This document shows positions 49,944-63,610 of a stretch of 64,000 nt of DNA, piece after piece. The stretch covers positions 43,278,001 through 43,342,000 of the forward strand of contig NC_045696.1 of the NCBI RefSeq assembly GCF_009834535.1, in the 5' to 3' direction. Source of the DNA: Camelus ferus. Taxonomy: Eukaryota. A model generated the notes under the pieces. It was not told the DNA's origin. It was given only the letters and a program-made list of their open reading frames with translations, and searched no databases. The translations under genes were made by a program, and so were the position numbers. How positions within the stretch are numbered: position 1 is the stretch's first letter; each line of letters begins with the position of its first letter.

Positions 49944-50274
49944 TGTCGGTCTGGCTACCAAAGGAATTCCAACAAAGTCCACAGTCATATGCATCAGTTT
50001 TATTTTTATGAACACAATTATTTCCTTTGGCTTTCAGATCACTAAGAAATTAGCTCACTGGAAATTTTATCAAAACCAACTGGATCTAACTGAACCACTA
50101 CCCCCAACATCTTTTGTCTTTAACTGAGGATGGTATTTATACTCAGTTTTCCTGGGTCTTCCCCATGGATACATGGTTGCTTTTCTCCTGTTAATCTGTC
50201 TCATGTTAATTTAATTCTTATACCAGCCAGAAGAACCTAGAAGGATACAAGAAAATTTCTTCCTCCCCAAAACA
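49944..50274 (+). mobile_element. ERV1 solo LTR (MER34/MER39-like U5 end); 5' boundary uncertain
   Basis: 'ttttctcctgttaatctgtctcatgttaatttaattctta.accagcc.gaagaacctagaagg...gaaaatttcttcctcccc..aca'. Confidence 0.7.
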
Positions 50275-52999
50275 TGGAATTTAAATGTCTAAGCTCCTTT
50301 GCAGTCTTCATATTGTACTCTGCCTCTTGCATAATAAGTAGAAATAATAATAGCAACATTGGTAAATAATCAGCACATATGGTCACTTACCATGTGTTGG
50401 GTGCTGTGCATTAAACTTTTTTATCCTCACAAGAATAGATGCTTAAAGTAAAATAATATTTCAAACATATTCCATATGAATACATTTCTAGTCAATTACT
50501 TTTTAAGTTGTTCAATATTTCTACAAGGTACATGTATTAGGTTGACTTTTACTTTCAGAAAAAAGAGGAAAAGAAAGAAGACTATATTACTTGCTGAATG
50601 CCTCTTAATAAAAATTTAGTTATCTTCTGTTTATAATATTTAGATAACAGGGATCCAATTATAATGTCCAAAATTCTACAGAGTTTAGAAAATTTAAAAC
50701 CATAGATATCCAATGACCTAGGAAAACAGTTTAGAAAATTATGCTCAGAATCTTAGCAGATTTAATGTAACAAAAAAAGACTTTTTACATTCCTTTCGTT
50801 TAAAGAACAAATCACCTTAGCTCAAGATTATTTTTATTATTATTTAATTTTTACTTTTATAAAGAAGTTGTTTTTATAAAGAAACTTTTGACATGAATTT
50901 CAAATACCATTTTTTTACTAAATAATAACATTTACACAATCACTTTTTTAAAGCATAAAGTCAAGTGAATGAAATTAAATGCAAAATGCACCTGTGTGCT
51001 GCTTAAAAACAATCTGATTCATCAGGTAACCGAGGACAAATAATTTATTGGCAAGATAGAAAAAAGGGGCAAAACAATTGCTGAGTGAATATAAAAATAT
51101 CAGATAAGCTATGGGATTATATATTGCATCATATAAACCTTCTGGACTGTGTCTTGAAGCAAAATATACCTTTGCTGTCAGTTCTGCTGGTACCAAGCTG
51201 CAGAATTTGGAAAGTTATTCCAAAATTTAAAATTGAAGGAACAATTAAATAAGAGAAAGGAAACATGCTGCCCCAAAGAAATAGGCTAATTTTAAAAGCA
51301 CATTTCACTATTATTATATTTAAATGAGGTTTTCAATCACTTGATTTGACCCTACGTGGTGCATAGCAACTGTGGTTGTATAATATATTTGAATGAGGAT
51401 TATTATAATTTACTAAGAGGTGCTGCAGGGGATTAGGAAACTTGGAAGGCCAGCACTGCACCTCCACAACAGACATCACTGCCAGATAATTAACCTTGCT
51501 GTTTGTTTAGCATCCACCAAATGCTTCATTACTGATTCAGTCAATTATCTCCTGGTAATGACCGCTGCAGAAGGTAGAATTGCTTAATTAAAATTATTTA
51601 GACCAGAGAGGAACTTTGATTGGGCCATGCGTATTAGAAAGGCTTTATTAATCTTGATGAGATACACAGCTCATTTAAAGCTGTATTTTGTTATATCAAA
51701 ATGCCAAATTCATTCTTTTTCCAATTAAAAATAATTTTTCCCCTTTTGGCAAATACATTTAAAACTAAGACAGCAGTGGGGGAAGGGTGAAAAACAGCCT
51801 TTTCAGCGCTAATTTTACTATAGGAAGATTTGAAGGATAAAAATAGAATCCTATTTATTTCATAAGATGCAATTGATACAAATTAGAATTCCTTATTGCT
51901 TGAAGAGACATTGTATCCCTGGGAGGACAAACTCGGCCCTGTGTGGACACACCACTTAAAATATGCAAATACATTTGCTCTTTACCTTTCTTTGTAAGTA
52001 TCCATAGGTGACTTCCTTACTCTTTTTTTCATAGTAACGGGGCCACCTGATTTGAGCACTGGCCAGATGATACTCTCTGTGCATGGGTCAGAGTGCACTG
52101 GCTTTAGAGCAAAGCTCTTCCATTTCAGTACCAATAGCAGTTTTACAGAGTCTAGTCACCTGCCCTTTAGGAAAGAGTTGGTTTGTTTTTTTTTTTAAAT
52201 GAAGATAGAGTTCGTTATTTTGTCCACATGTAGCTCTAGATAGGTAAAACAAAACAAAACAAAACTGTGTTTCATCTTCTTGGCCTCTCAGGATCAAAAT
52301 TTGAGCAAATTTTATAAGGTGCAGCCAGGTGAGACCTGGCTGCATTTTTTGTCTGTCTTTCTTTTTTTTGGTGGGGAGAGAGTTTTTGTTGGTTGCTTTT
52401 ACATATAGTGCCTTATTTCAAAGATCTCCAAAACTTCAAGGTACTGATAATAACTTTCCAATAAATACATTTATTCTTTAATGAGCCAAAAGTTACCCTT
52501 AATTGCATATATTATGCCACAAATACATTAAATTCTTACAAGGTAACTTGAACCTAAACAGAACTTAGGAAATTACTACTCAAAGGTAATAAAAGAGCAT
52601 CTTAGCAGGTCTTAGAAAATGTGACACCGATTCTTCCATAAACTCCCCTCCCTGTGAAGTCCAAAGCTTCAACTGGCATTTCAATTTGTACTGTGGAAAT
52701 ACTGACTGATCATTATACTGTTTAGGAGTTAAATAAAAACAGAAAGTGAGATACCTCTTCAATATGAAACCTATATTGTGATTATCATAGACTCTAGATC
52801 TGCTATTCTTAGTTGGAAATATGCACAACTGAGATTCAAGAAAAATGTCCTGTGGGAAAATACTGTAGAAATTATTTACTTGAACAGGCAACAACAGACA
52901 GACCTTTCTCCCCAAGTAGGAAACTCATGGCACTCTTACAGGCTATAATAAAAATAATAACAAAAAAACAACAAAAAAGATTTCAAAATAAAGCCCTAG

Positions 53000-55645
53000 A
53001 AGAGCGATCTTGCAGAATCATATACTAGCCTTTATTAAAAACTGTATATGATGATCATGTTCTCTGACTTAATGCAACTTAGAATTAAGGTGACTAAAAT
53101 ATTACTATGAATACTTTTTTATGTATCCATGGAATCAAATAAAATAACAAAATTACTTCAAAATAACTATTAAAATATACTAAATAATTGCATAAAAACA
53201 ATATAATTCAGAAAATACTTAGTATTTAATGATGATATATTACATATTAAAATTTGAAGAATTAAATTTAAGTAATATTTGTAAGAAAGTTTTCTGCTCT
53301 ACATGATTGCAATAGAAAAGATAAAGGAAATAAAATTAAAGGCTGAACACTCAAGCATGGACATTAGAAAACTGAGAAAGTTAAAAGAAACTGCATACGA
53401 AATATAATAAAGAGTGGAAATTCCTTCAATACAAAAAAATGCCATAATAGAAAATTAGAAAAGTTCCTCAAAAAACTAATAAGATAAACTTCTAGCACAT
53501 TTGATTAATGAAATCAGAATTACAGATGAGAAATACAGGAATAAAAGAAAATCAAACTGTAGCTGAACACAGATTTTACATAAGAGAATAATACTTGAAA
53601 AGTATAGAAAAGCCAATATAAAAAATGTGTATGAAAAGGGCAATTCCAAGAGAATTACACTTTAAAATAATTTTAAAGCAAGTATTCAATGATTTGTGGA
53701 AAGAAATATGTAGATTGAGTGAGAAAAAGAAAACTGCTGTTTTTTTTATTTAATTGTACATATGAAAATGAACAATATGAAATTTGCTCTTACTCAACCA
53801 CTTTTCATTTACAAAAAATAAAAATAACAAATTTTTGTGTTGAACCTAATGAGGGAATCTACACACAGAAACTATTAAAAATAAAATTTAGCTGTTGCTG
53901 AAAGTAAGTTTCGTTTCTACATACTGATCATACAGAATAGCTAAAAATACATTTTTAAAATGCTAAGAAGCAAAACTATGAGCTCCAATGAATAAAAAAT
54001 GGAAAAATATTGTACACAACTATTAAATAAAATGATTATAAAATTTTACATAAAGACATATAAAAATTTCTAAATAAATGAAAAAATTATACCCTACACT
54101 TATGAATATTAAATATTATAAGGACACTTACTCACCTCAAATTAATCTTCTAACTTCACTAAATCAGTAAAAATTCAATGAGTTTCTTCAAAGAAATTGA
54201 CAACCTTATAAAATTTTCATAAAACAGAGAGGTGCAGTTAAGAAGTCTTACTGTACCAATAACAACATATAATACAAGTCATACAAACCTATGTTATGAT
54301 AGTATAGAATTTGCATAGTAGTAGGCAAATTATTTAATAGTACAAAATAGAGATTCTAGAAATAAGCTCAACCTTATATGAAATCTTGTTTATGAACTAG
54401 GTGGCATCTTGAATCATTAGAGAAAAATAGATTTTTCATTAAATGATTTTGTGATTTTTGTATTTATATGTTAAAATGTAACACTGGATCTCTATTTTAC
54501 ACCATACAGAAAATAAATTATGTATACATGTATATATATAAAAGATATACATATTGAAAGCAATACTTTAAAATGTTTGAGTGAAAGTGAAATAATTTGC
54601 AATATAGGAAAATTTCTTACAGACAAAATGTATAAAATAAGATTAAAAGATAAAATTACAGTAAAATAAAAATATCCTGTACCATAAAAATACATCAATG
54701 TATTAAAAAAAGATATAGATGGGAGAAATAGAATTTATACCTGACAAAAGTACTACTATCCAGAATATATGAAAATTATCTAGAAATTCAAGTATTAAAA
54801 CAACATTTTAATAGAAAAGAAAGACTAAAGGCCATGAACTAATGGGCAATAAACATTTCAAAAATCTTTGGTTGTCCAGAGCAAAGAAAATTAAAAGATA
54901 AATGCAATACCATTTCAATGTCATCTATTGATAATATGTTTGTCTGCTAACACCAAGCAACTAAATGCTAAATTGGTGATCTGATGGGGAAAGAAAACGC
55001 TCAAAGAAAGACTTCCATGGTATTGTTGCATATCCACTTTGGGAATCCTTCAGCAATATCAATCAGCTCTGAAGATACACTAACTCTAGGTCAGAAGTTT
55101 CCAGTACTAAATACATGCTCCAGTGACTCTCATGCACATATGCTCATGCAGATATGTATGCATATTTAAGTTTACCAAAATACTGCTTACAAATGATAAA
55201 AAGGCTTAAAGGCCCATGAACAAATGGAATCCTCTACAGCAATTAAAAAGGAATGATCTATCAAAATAAATATAGCCCATAAAATAATGTGATTTTTAAA
55301 AGAAGATACATACCAATATATCTGACATGATTCTATTTAAAGTGTTAAACATGCAATATGCTATATAGTGATTACTGATGCAAATTATAACAATATACAT
55401 GGAAATTATAAACATTAAATTTAAGAGAGTGTTTATATCTGGAATAGAACAAGGAATATGGATTGAGGATGAATATATGTGTAGATCTCATTCAATTGTT
55501 TAATGTTTTATTTATGAAAAATTCTGAATTAAATATGATAACTGGTTATATTTAATTTAGCTGAGTGTTGCTTATGTAGATGGTCATTATATGATTCTCT
55601 ATTCTTTCACTATTCTTGAGTTATTTTGTAATAAAATGTTTTAAG
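53000..55645 (+). mobile_element. Highly diverged L1ME-type ORF2 and 3' UTR
   Basis: A-rich sense strand with an endonuclease SDH-region motif 'ttctctgacttaatgcaact' at ~53060. Also 'aagaaattgacaacc', 'actatccagaatatatgaa' and a 3' end with aataaa near 55631. Confidence 0.7.
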
Positions 55646-55762
55646 TGACATTTCACACTTTCTTATAATTACCTTGATTTTTAAGAGATGTTCTTTCTTA
55701 CTCCTGTATCCACTGAATCCTTCTGAATGAAAGTGCTAATGAAAGCATGTTCCCGCTATAGT

Positions 55763-55800
55763 AAAACAAAAACAAAAACAAAAACAAAAAACAAAAAAAC
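55763..55800. repeat. (CAAAAA)n-like simple repeat
   Basis: Seen directly in the sequence. Confidence 0.85.
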
Positions 55801-56239
55801 ACTCACTCACAGAGGTCTCATCATTTAGAAAATAACATAACTTATCCTGGAGCCTAAATATGATCTGTTGGAATTACTGAGATGAACAACCAAGACAACA
55901 GTGAGATTGATGAATGCAATTGTATGTGAATGGAATGAATGAAAACCATTATTTTAATCAAATAGAACAAAATCTTCCTCTCAGCACCATTCTTTAATAT
56001 TAAGAATTCAATAAAATATTTTTCACAAATGACCAGGTAATTAGTAAAAAATCTTCATCTAGGTCTGCTTCTGTAGTTTGACATTATAATCTTTATTTTT
56101 TTTATAAACATTGTTTCTAAGAAAGTATATGATAAAAACAAAAAATCACAATATTTTATTCATGTATGATAAACCCTGGCACACAAGACCTCCACAATCT
56201 GGTTCAACTCACCTCTGTAGACCTATTCCACTCTCAGGT

Positions 56240-56410
56240 ATGTGGTCCTGGAAACATGAAGACCTGGTCTCAACTCATATGTCTGTTATTCTTTAACCAT
56301 GTGGTCTGAAGAGGTCCTTTAATCTGTCTGGGCTTCAATTTTTCTCATCTTTGTACTTTGCATATACAGATTGTGAGGATTAACTGAGATGGCATACTTG
56401 AAAACACCAG
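56240..56410 (+). mobile_element. MIR SINE
   Basis: 'ctttaatctgtctgggcttcaattttctcatct...ttgtgaggattaactgagat'. Confidence 0.65.
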
Positions 56411-56432
56411 ACCATGCTTATTCCATGAACAG

Positions 56433-56935
56433 TGTACCTATCAAGACTTCATCAGGGAAATAGAAACCACTTCAAGTAATTCCAACAAAGGAATGCAGGG
56501 GCCTCCAATGATGGAGATGCTGAGATACCATAAGAGACAAAGTAGAAACCCAGAAATTCGCAGCAGCAGGGAGCCAATGCCACTGTCAGCCTTGAGGGAC
56601 AAAAGCAGGAAGAGGTGTTACTGGACCACAAGGACTGAAGTGCTTCACAAAAAGCTAGAACTAATGTAGGATGGCCCACCTAGAAACAAGGAGGATATGT
56701 GACTAGAGATGCCTACAGATAACAGTTGAGGCCAAGAGGTTCCTGGAGAAAGACTTTGGTTTCCTCCTGTCTCATATATTTTATTCTCCAGCCAACATCA
56801 TTTATTTTCACAACCAGCATGAAGCTAGATGACACAGTGGGCTTAGAAATGGGCCTGTTAGGGGTCAGTGTCTTTTCCTACCACCCATTCATCTTGGGAA
56901 AGGACAGGGCAAGAAATGGATTTGAAGGCACATCC
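56433..56935 (-). mobile_element. Old MaLR solo LTR (MLT1N2/MLT1M-like)
   Basis: 'tcagggaaatagaaaccact...aacccagaaattcgcagcagcagggagcc...agggcaagaaatggatttga'. Confidence 0.6.
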
Positions 56936-57099
56936 TTTTTTTTTCTCACTACATGATTTTACTACATTAGAATATTAAATGACTAAGATCCACAGTTAAA
57001 AGTCAAAAAAAAAAAACCTTAAACAAATGAAAAAAGATTACTGTTTTTCTTATATTCTAAACCCTTTGAAAATAAACAAGAAAACAAACACATAGTAGA

Positions 57100-58050
57100 A
57101 AAAAGAAAAAGAACTCACAGGAGAAATTCACAGAAAATGACATAAAATGTCTGTATATGTGAATAGAACTTAAATATCCTTCATATCAAACACATGACTA
57201 TTCAGAATGACAATCTCATAAACACATGTTGTTAAATAAGGTATTGTTATTACTTTCCAAACTGGAGAGAGAAATAGAAACTAATCTGTATATCAAGTAT
57301 TTGAATATTTTTCCACAGGTGATTTTAATTAATGTAGAAAATTGAAAATTCAGTAAGTATAGAAATGAAAGTAAAAGTCCAATGTAATGCTATTATCCAG
57401 CTAGCAAACTGGAATATTTTCTTCCATATATGATATGTCGATGCAGAATGGTAAGGATATATAAATATTCATATATGTATTAATGAAGACTTGGACAATT
57501 TTTTTTCATTTATATGAAAGTTTACTAACATTTGATATGCTTCAAAGACAATTTGCATTGGCTGTATAATACTCCGTTTTTTATCTGAACTGAAAACGTG
57601 TATTCACTCTTAGTGAGGCTGAAAGAAAATTGCAGTCCTATATGTACTGAGTGAATGCTAACTTGGTATCATTTTTGGAAAATGATTTTGACATATATTT
57701 TAAAATCTTAAAATAATCTAACAATCTGACATGGCAAATTATTCCTAACAATTTATGTTAGGAAAACTATGATATGAGGTTCATATTATAATGCACAAGT
57801 TTGTTTACTGCAGTAACATTTATAATATGGAAAGATATGAAATATGCACTCTTTATTGGAATAGAATTTAAGAAGATGTTATTGATATCCATAAATCTGA
57901 GTTTATCTAAAATAATGACACAAATTTATATGTTTTGATTTGGAAAAGCAAACATGGGAAGTACAGTACAGAACCATATATGATACATGAACTAAAAAAT
58001 ATGTAGGTGAATATGAATGTGCATATATGTGTTTATGCAGATGTGTATTT
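57100..58050 (+). mobile_element. Degraded L1ME fragments (mixed orientation)
   Basis: 'tgaatgctaacttggtatcatttttggaaaatgattttgaca' and 'gtttactgcagtaacatttataat'. Confidence 0.45.
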
Positions 58051-60188
58051 TTGTGGTCTTGTTCAAACAGTGGAATTGGACATTCTCTTCTCTCCTCTTG
58101 TCACCTACTAAACAGAATTATTTATTTATAATTTATGCTTACTTATGGCCTTGAAAAACTTCAGAATTTTCCCCTAGTTGATACATAAAGTCATCTAATT
58201 GTTCGCATTTATCTGATGAGGATTGAGGAATCATACTATATTCTAGGAGCTAAAATGTCAAGTAAGTCCCAAATCATTGAATGCTTATGAATAAACATGA
58301 AAGATGACTAAATGCCAAGAAATTTTTTAAAAACCCTCAGAATTTTACCTATAGATTTGAAGCGGAGTTTATTAATTCCTTCACTGCCAGCCCACCCCTT
58401 AAACTTCCCATCATTCACTTATTTTTGAAGGTGGCTAAAACCGTGAGAATATTGTGAAAATGAAAGAAAACTGAAATCTATGTATATCTTCAAGAAAAAT
58501 CCAAACCTTTGATACAGGTTTAAGTGATGTCCCTGCTTGCCCCCATGGCTTCTTGGCTTCAGGAAGATAATAAGGTATTCCAAGTCTGTGCCCTCCACTT
58601 CCGTCTCTTTCTCATTATGTACCAACCTGTACAGGGAGCAGAGTACAGGACAAGTAGGATGTACTTCAAAATGCTGAGAGCGATTATCACAGGGAAGAGG
58701 CTAACAATAACTTTCTATCCTCTGTGTACCCTTGTACATTTGGTGATTTTAAGTTTTTACTGTTTACAAAAACATCATTGAGTTGACAATCAAATGAAGA
58801 TTACATCTAATTTTGTTATGAAAAAGTAGTAAATATGGCTTTCCTCTGTTTTCCCCACTTTTCAATCTTACCTGTTATTTCTTTCCTAAATCTGTTTTTA
58901 TGACTTTACTTATGTTATTTGTTCTTCATAGAATGCCTCCCATTTTCTCAGTCCTCAACAGGGTCTGCCTATCAGATTTTCAAATCATTTCCTGAGTATT
59001 TTCACTCTCGTTGATCTTTGTTATACTTAATTCTAATGCTGGTAACATTCATCATTATGTACTAGACTGCATATCATTTTCTGTGCATGTATATACTCAC
59101 ACCAACACATAATTCCTAATAAGGTATAAGAACAGTCAATATGTGTAAGAATTAATCAGCTAAGTGCCAAGATGATACCTTACTCAAAAGGTTCATTGTT
59201 CAGTTGAAGAATGAAAGTCCAAATATTGCCCAGGTAAGGCACTTTACATATGTGTAGTACATAGAGTTGTAGGTTTTGGAGCAATTTAATCTAACAAATA
59301 GGAAGTTAGTTTTCATTTTTTATGCCTTCTCCAAAAATGTCTAAAAAATTAATTCACCTACAAAATAAGACATAATTTAGTCTTAATTATCAGTATTAAG
59401 TGACAAGAAGAAATCACTACAAGATAGTTATGAAAGCAGATATGTTTTCCCATGATTCACACAGCACATTGGTAATTCCATTAAAAATAAAGTTTTCACA
59501 GTAGATACACCACTCATAGCACTTTAAATAAGCTCTCTTCATTCAGGGACTGATTTGCAACTGAAGATCTTTTTTTTTTTTTTTTTTTTCGCTCTCTCTC
59601 TCTCAAATACAATCAACTTAAAAAGGAAACTGAAGAGAAAGTACAGTAGATTCAAGTACATGTCAAATCTATAATTTCTGTATAAAATTACAATAAACAC
59701 AATGCAAGGCACTTCAAATCTTATTTCCTCCAGAAAGAGAGTGTAATCAGAATATAATGAGCATTGAAATTAATAAATTAAAAATAAATATCCATAAGAG
59801 AAAAAATGTATTTCAATTAGGCTGTAATTATGTTTGCAATATTGTAAATTAATTCCCCAAATGAATATTTTCAGTGTGCCCAATTTATTATCTATTTTAG
59901 TCTTTTTATCTAAAGCTCAGTGTTTCTAACCTGACTAAACCATCACATTATTAAAAAATAAAAAAGAGGTGTTCATTAATGCACCCTCTGATATTCCATT
60001 ATTTCAATTCTCTTGGTGTTTTTAAATGCTGAAATGTAGCTAGAGTGTGTGAGAATTTTTTTCAATGGTGACACAGAACAGACGGAGCCATCTGTAAAGG
60101 CATTAATATCAACTCATTGAAAAATGAATAAGGATGGCAAATAGGTGAACACTTAAGTCATTAAATAAAATACTCTTTTTTTATAAAA

Positions 60189-60432
60189 GGCAGTTTAGTA
60201 TAGTGGTGAATTGCTGGGTGTGAAATCAGATTCAGTATTATGAATTTGATTTGTAGATTTACCTTATACTGTGATCATGGGCAAGCTACTTCCTTCTTTT
60301 TGCTCAGTTTCCTCATCTAGAAATACATGAAAAAAAATTTTACATCATAGGGTCATTATGAGAAGTAGCTTATTTTTAAAAGCTTTTAGCACATTATCCA
60401 TCACACAAAGCGCCATAGACATCACTATTTTT
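60189..60432 (+). mobile_element. Near full-length MIR SINE
   Basis: 'ggcagtttagtatagtggt...tgtgatcatgggcaagctact...ctcagtttcctcatct...catagggtcattatgag'. Confidence 0.85.
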
Positions 60433-60998
60433 AGTATTTAACTCAGTGACTAAATTATTTCTTTATGCTATGCTCTTCTGTTTTGTTATCCTGTGCTTTG
60501 ATGTCATGTATACAACCAATAATCTTGAACACTAAGTCTATCAGTGCCTGCAGGAAATATTTCAGTGTTGCTATACATAATGTCAACAGTTCAGTCATTC
60601 AAAAACAATGGAGGAAAGGTGTAAGAGTCCAAGTTCTAGAAATACAATGAAAAGAAAGCTAGACGGGGCAGGGCACTAATACAGTGAGTAAGTTTAATGT
60701 GCTTTATTGGAAGCAAGGGAAGATAATAAAATATTAGAATCCAATCTGGTGTCAGAAAATAATCTCATTCACAAGGTTAAAGATTGACTTGTAATTTTGT
60801 GAGGTGAATTTGCAAAGTTCTAGGAGCACTGGTAATTTTATATTTTATATTATTTATTAATTAGGCAAAGAAAGGACAGAACTTGCTGGTCTCTGACTGT
60901 GTTATTTTGGAAAGAGCATCGGAAAAACATTATGGTATCTGATCTCTAATTCTAGCTGTATTGGAAATCGTATGCCCTTCAAAAATTCACCTCCGTGG

Positions 60999-61824
60999 TC
61001 ACCTCACACCAGTCAGAATGTCCATCATTCAAAAGCCCACAAATGACAAATGCTGGAGAGGCTGTGGAGAAAGGGGAACCCTCCTACACTGCTGGTGGGA
61101 ATGCAGTTTGGTGCAGCCACTGTGGAAAACAGTATGGAGATTCCTCAAAAGACTAGGAATAGACTTACCATATGACGCAGGAATCCCACTCCTGGACATA
61201 TATCCAGAAGGAACCCTACTTCAAAATGACACCTGCACCCCAATGTTCATTGTAGCACTATTTACAATAGCCAAGACATGGAAACAGCCTAAATGCCCAT
61301 CAACAGATGACTGGATAAAGAAGAAGTGGTATATTTGTACAATGGAATACTATTCAGCCATAAAAACAAACAACATAATGCCATTTGCAGCAATATGGAT
61401 GTTCCTGGAGAATGTCATTCTAAGTGAAGTAAGCCAGAAAGAGAAAGAAAAATACCATATGAGATCGCTCATATGTGGAATCTAAAGAAACAAAACAAAA
61501 CATAAATACAAAACAGAAACAGACTCACAGACATAGAATACAAACTTGTGGTTGCCAAGGGGGTGGGTGGTGGGAAGGGACAGACTGGGATTTCAAAATG
61601 TAGAACAGATAAACAAGATTATATTGTAAAGCACAGGGAAATATACACAAGATCTTGTGGTAGCTCACAGCGAAAAAAATGTGACAATGTATATATATAT
61701 ATGTTCACGTATAACTGAAAAATTGTGCTCTACACTGGAATTTGACACAACATTGTAAAATGACTATAACTCAATTAAAAAAGCTTAAAAAAATAAAAAT
61801 AAATAAATGGAATCGTAAAAAAAA
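60999..61824 (+). mobile_element. Young 5'-truncated LINE-1 (camelid-type as recalled): intact ORF2 C-terminus, 3' UTR and A-rich tail
   Basis: Uninterrupted frame to the stop at 61485, including the cysteine-rich motif [18 protein letters not shown], and 'CTPMFIVALFTIAKTWKQPKCPS'. The 3' UTR and tail follow. Confidence 0.95.
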
Positions 61825-61923
61825 GAAATTTCATGGACCTCAAATTCTTCTAATTAAAAGATTTTGGACATAAAGCATTGGCTTAAGCTTCTTCAAATTT
61901 GGTGATGCCAATATAATTTAGGA

Positions 61924-62351
61924 TAGTAGTTCTCAAAGTGTGCGCTGAGGACAAATTATATATGTGTATGACGTGAGATTTTTTTTACCTCATACCAATA
62001 GAACAGCCTGTTAAAACAGATTCTACACAGAAGCAAGCAAAAGAATTTAGCTATTTTCCATTAAGCTGCACATTACAGAGGTTTGTAAAAATAGAAAACA
62101 ATAACATAATTCTCACAATTGAATTTTTTGAAAATTGTATTTATTTTTTATAAAATTATAATCTCTGTGATCATGTCACAGGTTTATTTTATTCTTAAAA
62201 TAATTACTTCAAACATTTTCTCATTTAAAAATTTTAATATAGTATATATTGATAGATATAATTCATATAAACAAATTAATTTGAGATCTTCAAAAATTTT
62301 GAACTTTGTAAAGAAATTTTAAGTTATTTATCTTTTCACTGAGAGCTACTT
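61924..62351. mobile_element. Internally deleted Charlie1-like hAT element
   Basis: Ends 'tagtagttctcaaagtgtg' and 'tgagagctact'. Internal 'ccattaagctgcacattacagaggtttgtaaaaat' and 'attgatagatataattcatataaacaaa'. Confidence 0.75.
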
Positions 62352-63107
62352 AATTAACTTCCACTTGGTTTTCCCTAGTCTTTCCCACAATGGTGACTTA
62401 CATTCTGAATTTTCTGGCTACCTTGCAATAAATTCAATTTGATATTTTGAAGTACAGTAGTTATTTCCAAAAAGGTAAAATCACTGAGTATTTTCTTACC
62501 TAGGAAGTACTTTAGAGTTACATTTGGTATTTTACCTAAGGGAACCTTCCATTCCCCCTATAAATACCGAAAATATAAAGTTATTATGAAAAAAATAAAT
62601 AATTTGTTCATAATATAGCTTGTTACGTAAGATAAAAGGTCTTAACACATGAACTCATGAATTTTAAGAACATTCTTACACTGACTTCTTCATATCCTAG
62701 CACCAACATCTAAATATACCCCAAGAAGTCAATTATTTTTCAGTGGTCTTTAAGGTCCAGTTTAATTTTTTTTTTCAGAAAGCCTTGGAATGATGGGCCA
62801 ATATGATGAAAGAATGGGATCTCAGATTGGGTGAGGAAGGAGTTGAAGTGTAGAATAATTTCTGTTTGATTTTCAGAAAGAGGCTGAGCTTGATTGTGGT
62901 AGGCCTTGGCTTGATGAAGTTTTTATTTCTCTGCTTACAGCCTATGCAGATCAACCTGTTTCATATCTTTCTTTTGTTATTTGTTATTATCAAATATTTT
63001 TAACAGAATCCTATATTAGAAAAATAGATGTTTTAATATTATAAATTTCAGGACCCTGGTAACAAATTAGTGTGTTCTTTTTTAGATACTTTCATCTTAA
63101 AATCTAC

Positions 63108-63610
63108 GTGCCATCAAGAACTCTGGAGGGCCTCAGATTTTACATTTGCTTGCAAGATAACCCATTAGCCAACCAGTTTTGAAGACCCTGGCAGAAGACT
63201 TAAGATTCTAGAGTCAGAGACAGAGGACTTCAGCAATCATAGCACAGCAGGCACCATGAACTTTATGTCACACCTGATCTCCCTGGCCCCCAAGTCTCAC
63301 ATGATGCAGGCTTCTGGTTGCTACACACACAGCAGATTTTCATCTCAGCTGAAGAAATCTGAGTTCTCGATATCAGGGAATCACTGATATTGTAAGGGAC
63401 CTGCTAACAACTTGCTCAACATTTGCCCCAGGAGGAGACATCATCTTAAACAAATCTGCCCTCTCCTCCTTCTGCCCAGGAGAGAGACATGGTCCCTATC
63501 TTCCAAGGTGGTTTGATAGTCAATCATCCTTGAATAGACACTGCAGAAGGAAAGCTGTGAATACCTTCCTCTCTGTAGACTTTCAGAAAGGAGAAAATCA
63601 TGGAGAATAG
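63108..63610 (-). mobile_element. LTR40-like ERVL solo LTR
   Basis: 'agattttacatttgcttgcaag...ctggcagaagac...gtcagagacagaggactt...tttgccccaggaggagacatcatc...ctatcttccaagg...catggagaat'. Confidence 0.75.

Noticed and set aside
60961..61485. 174-aa ORF as a cellular gene
   Set aside because: It is the LINE-1 ORF2 C-terminus. The TTG start and first ~12 codons come from flanking DNA.
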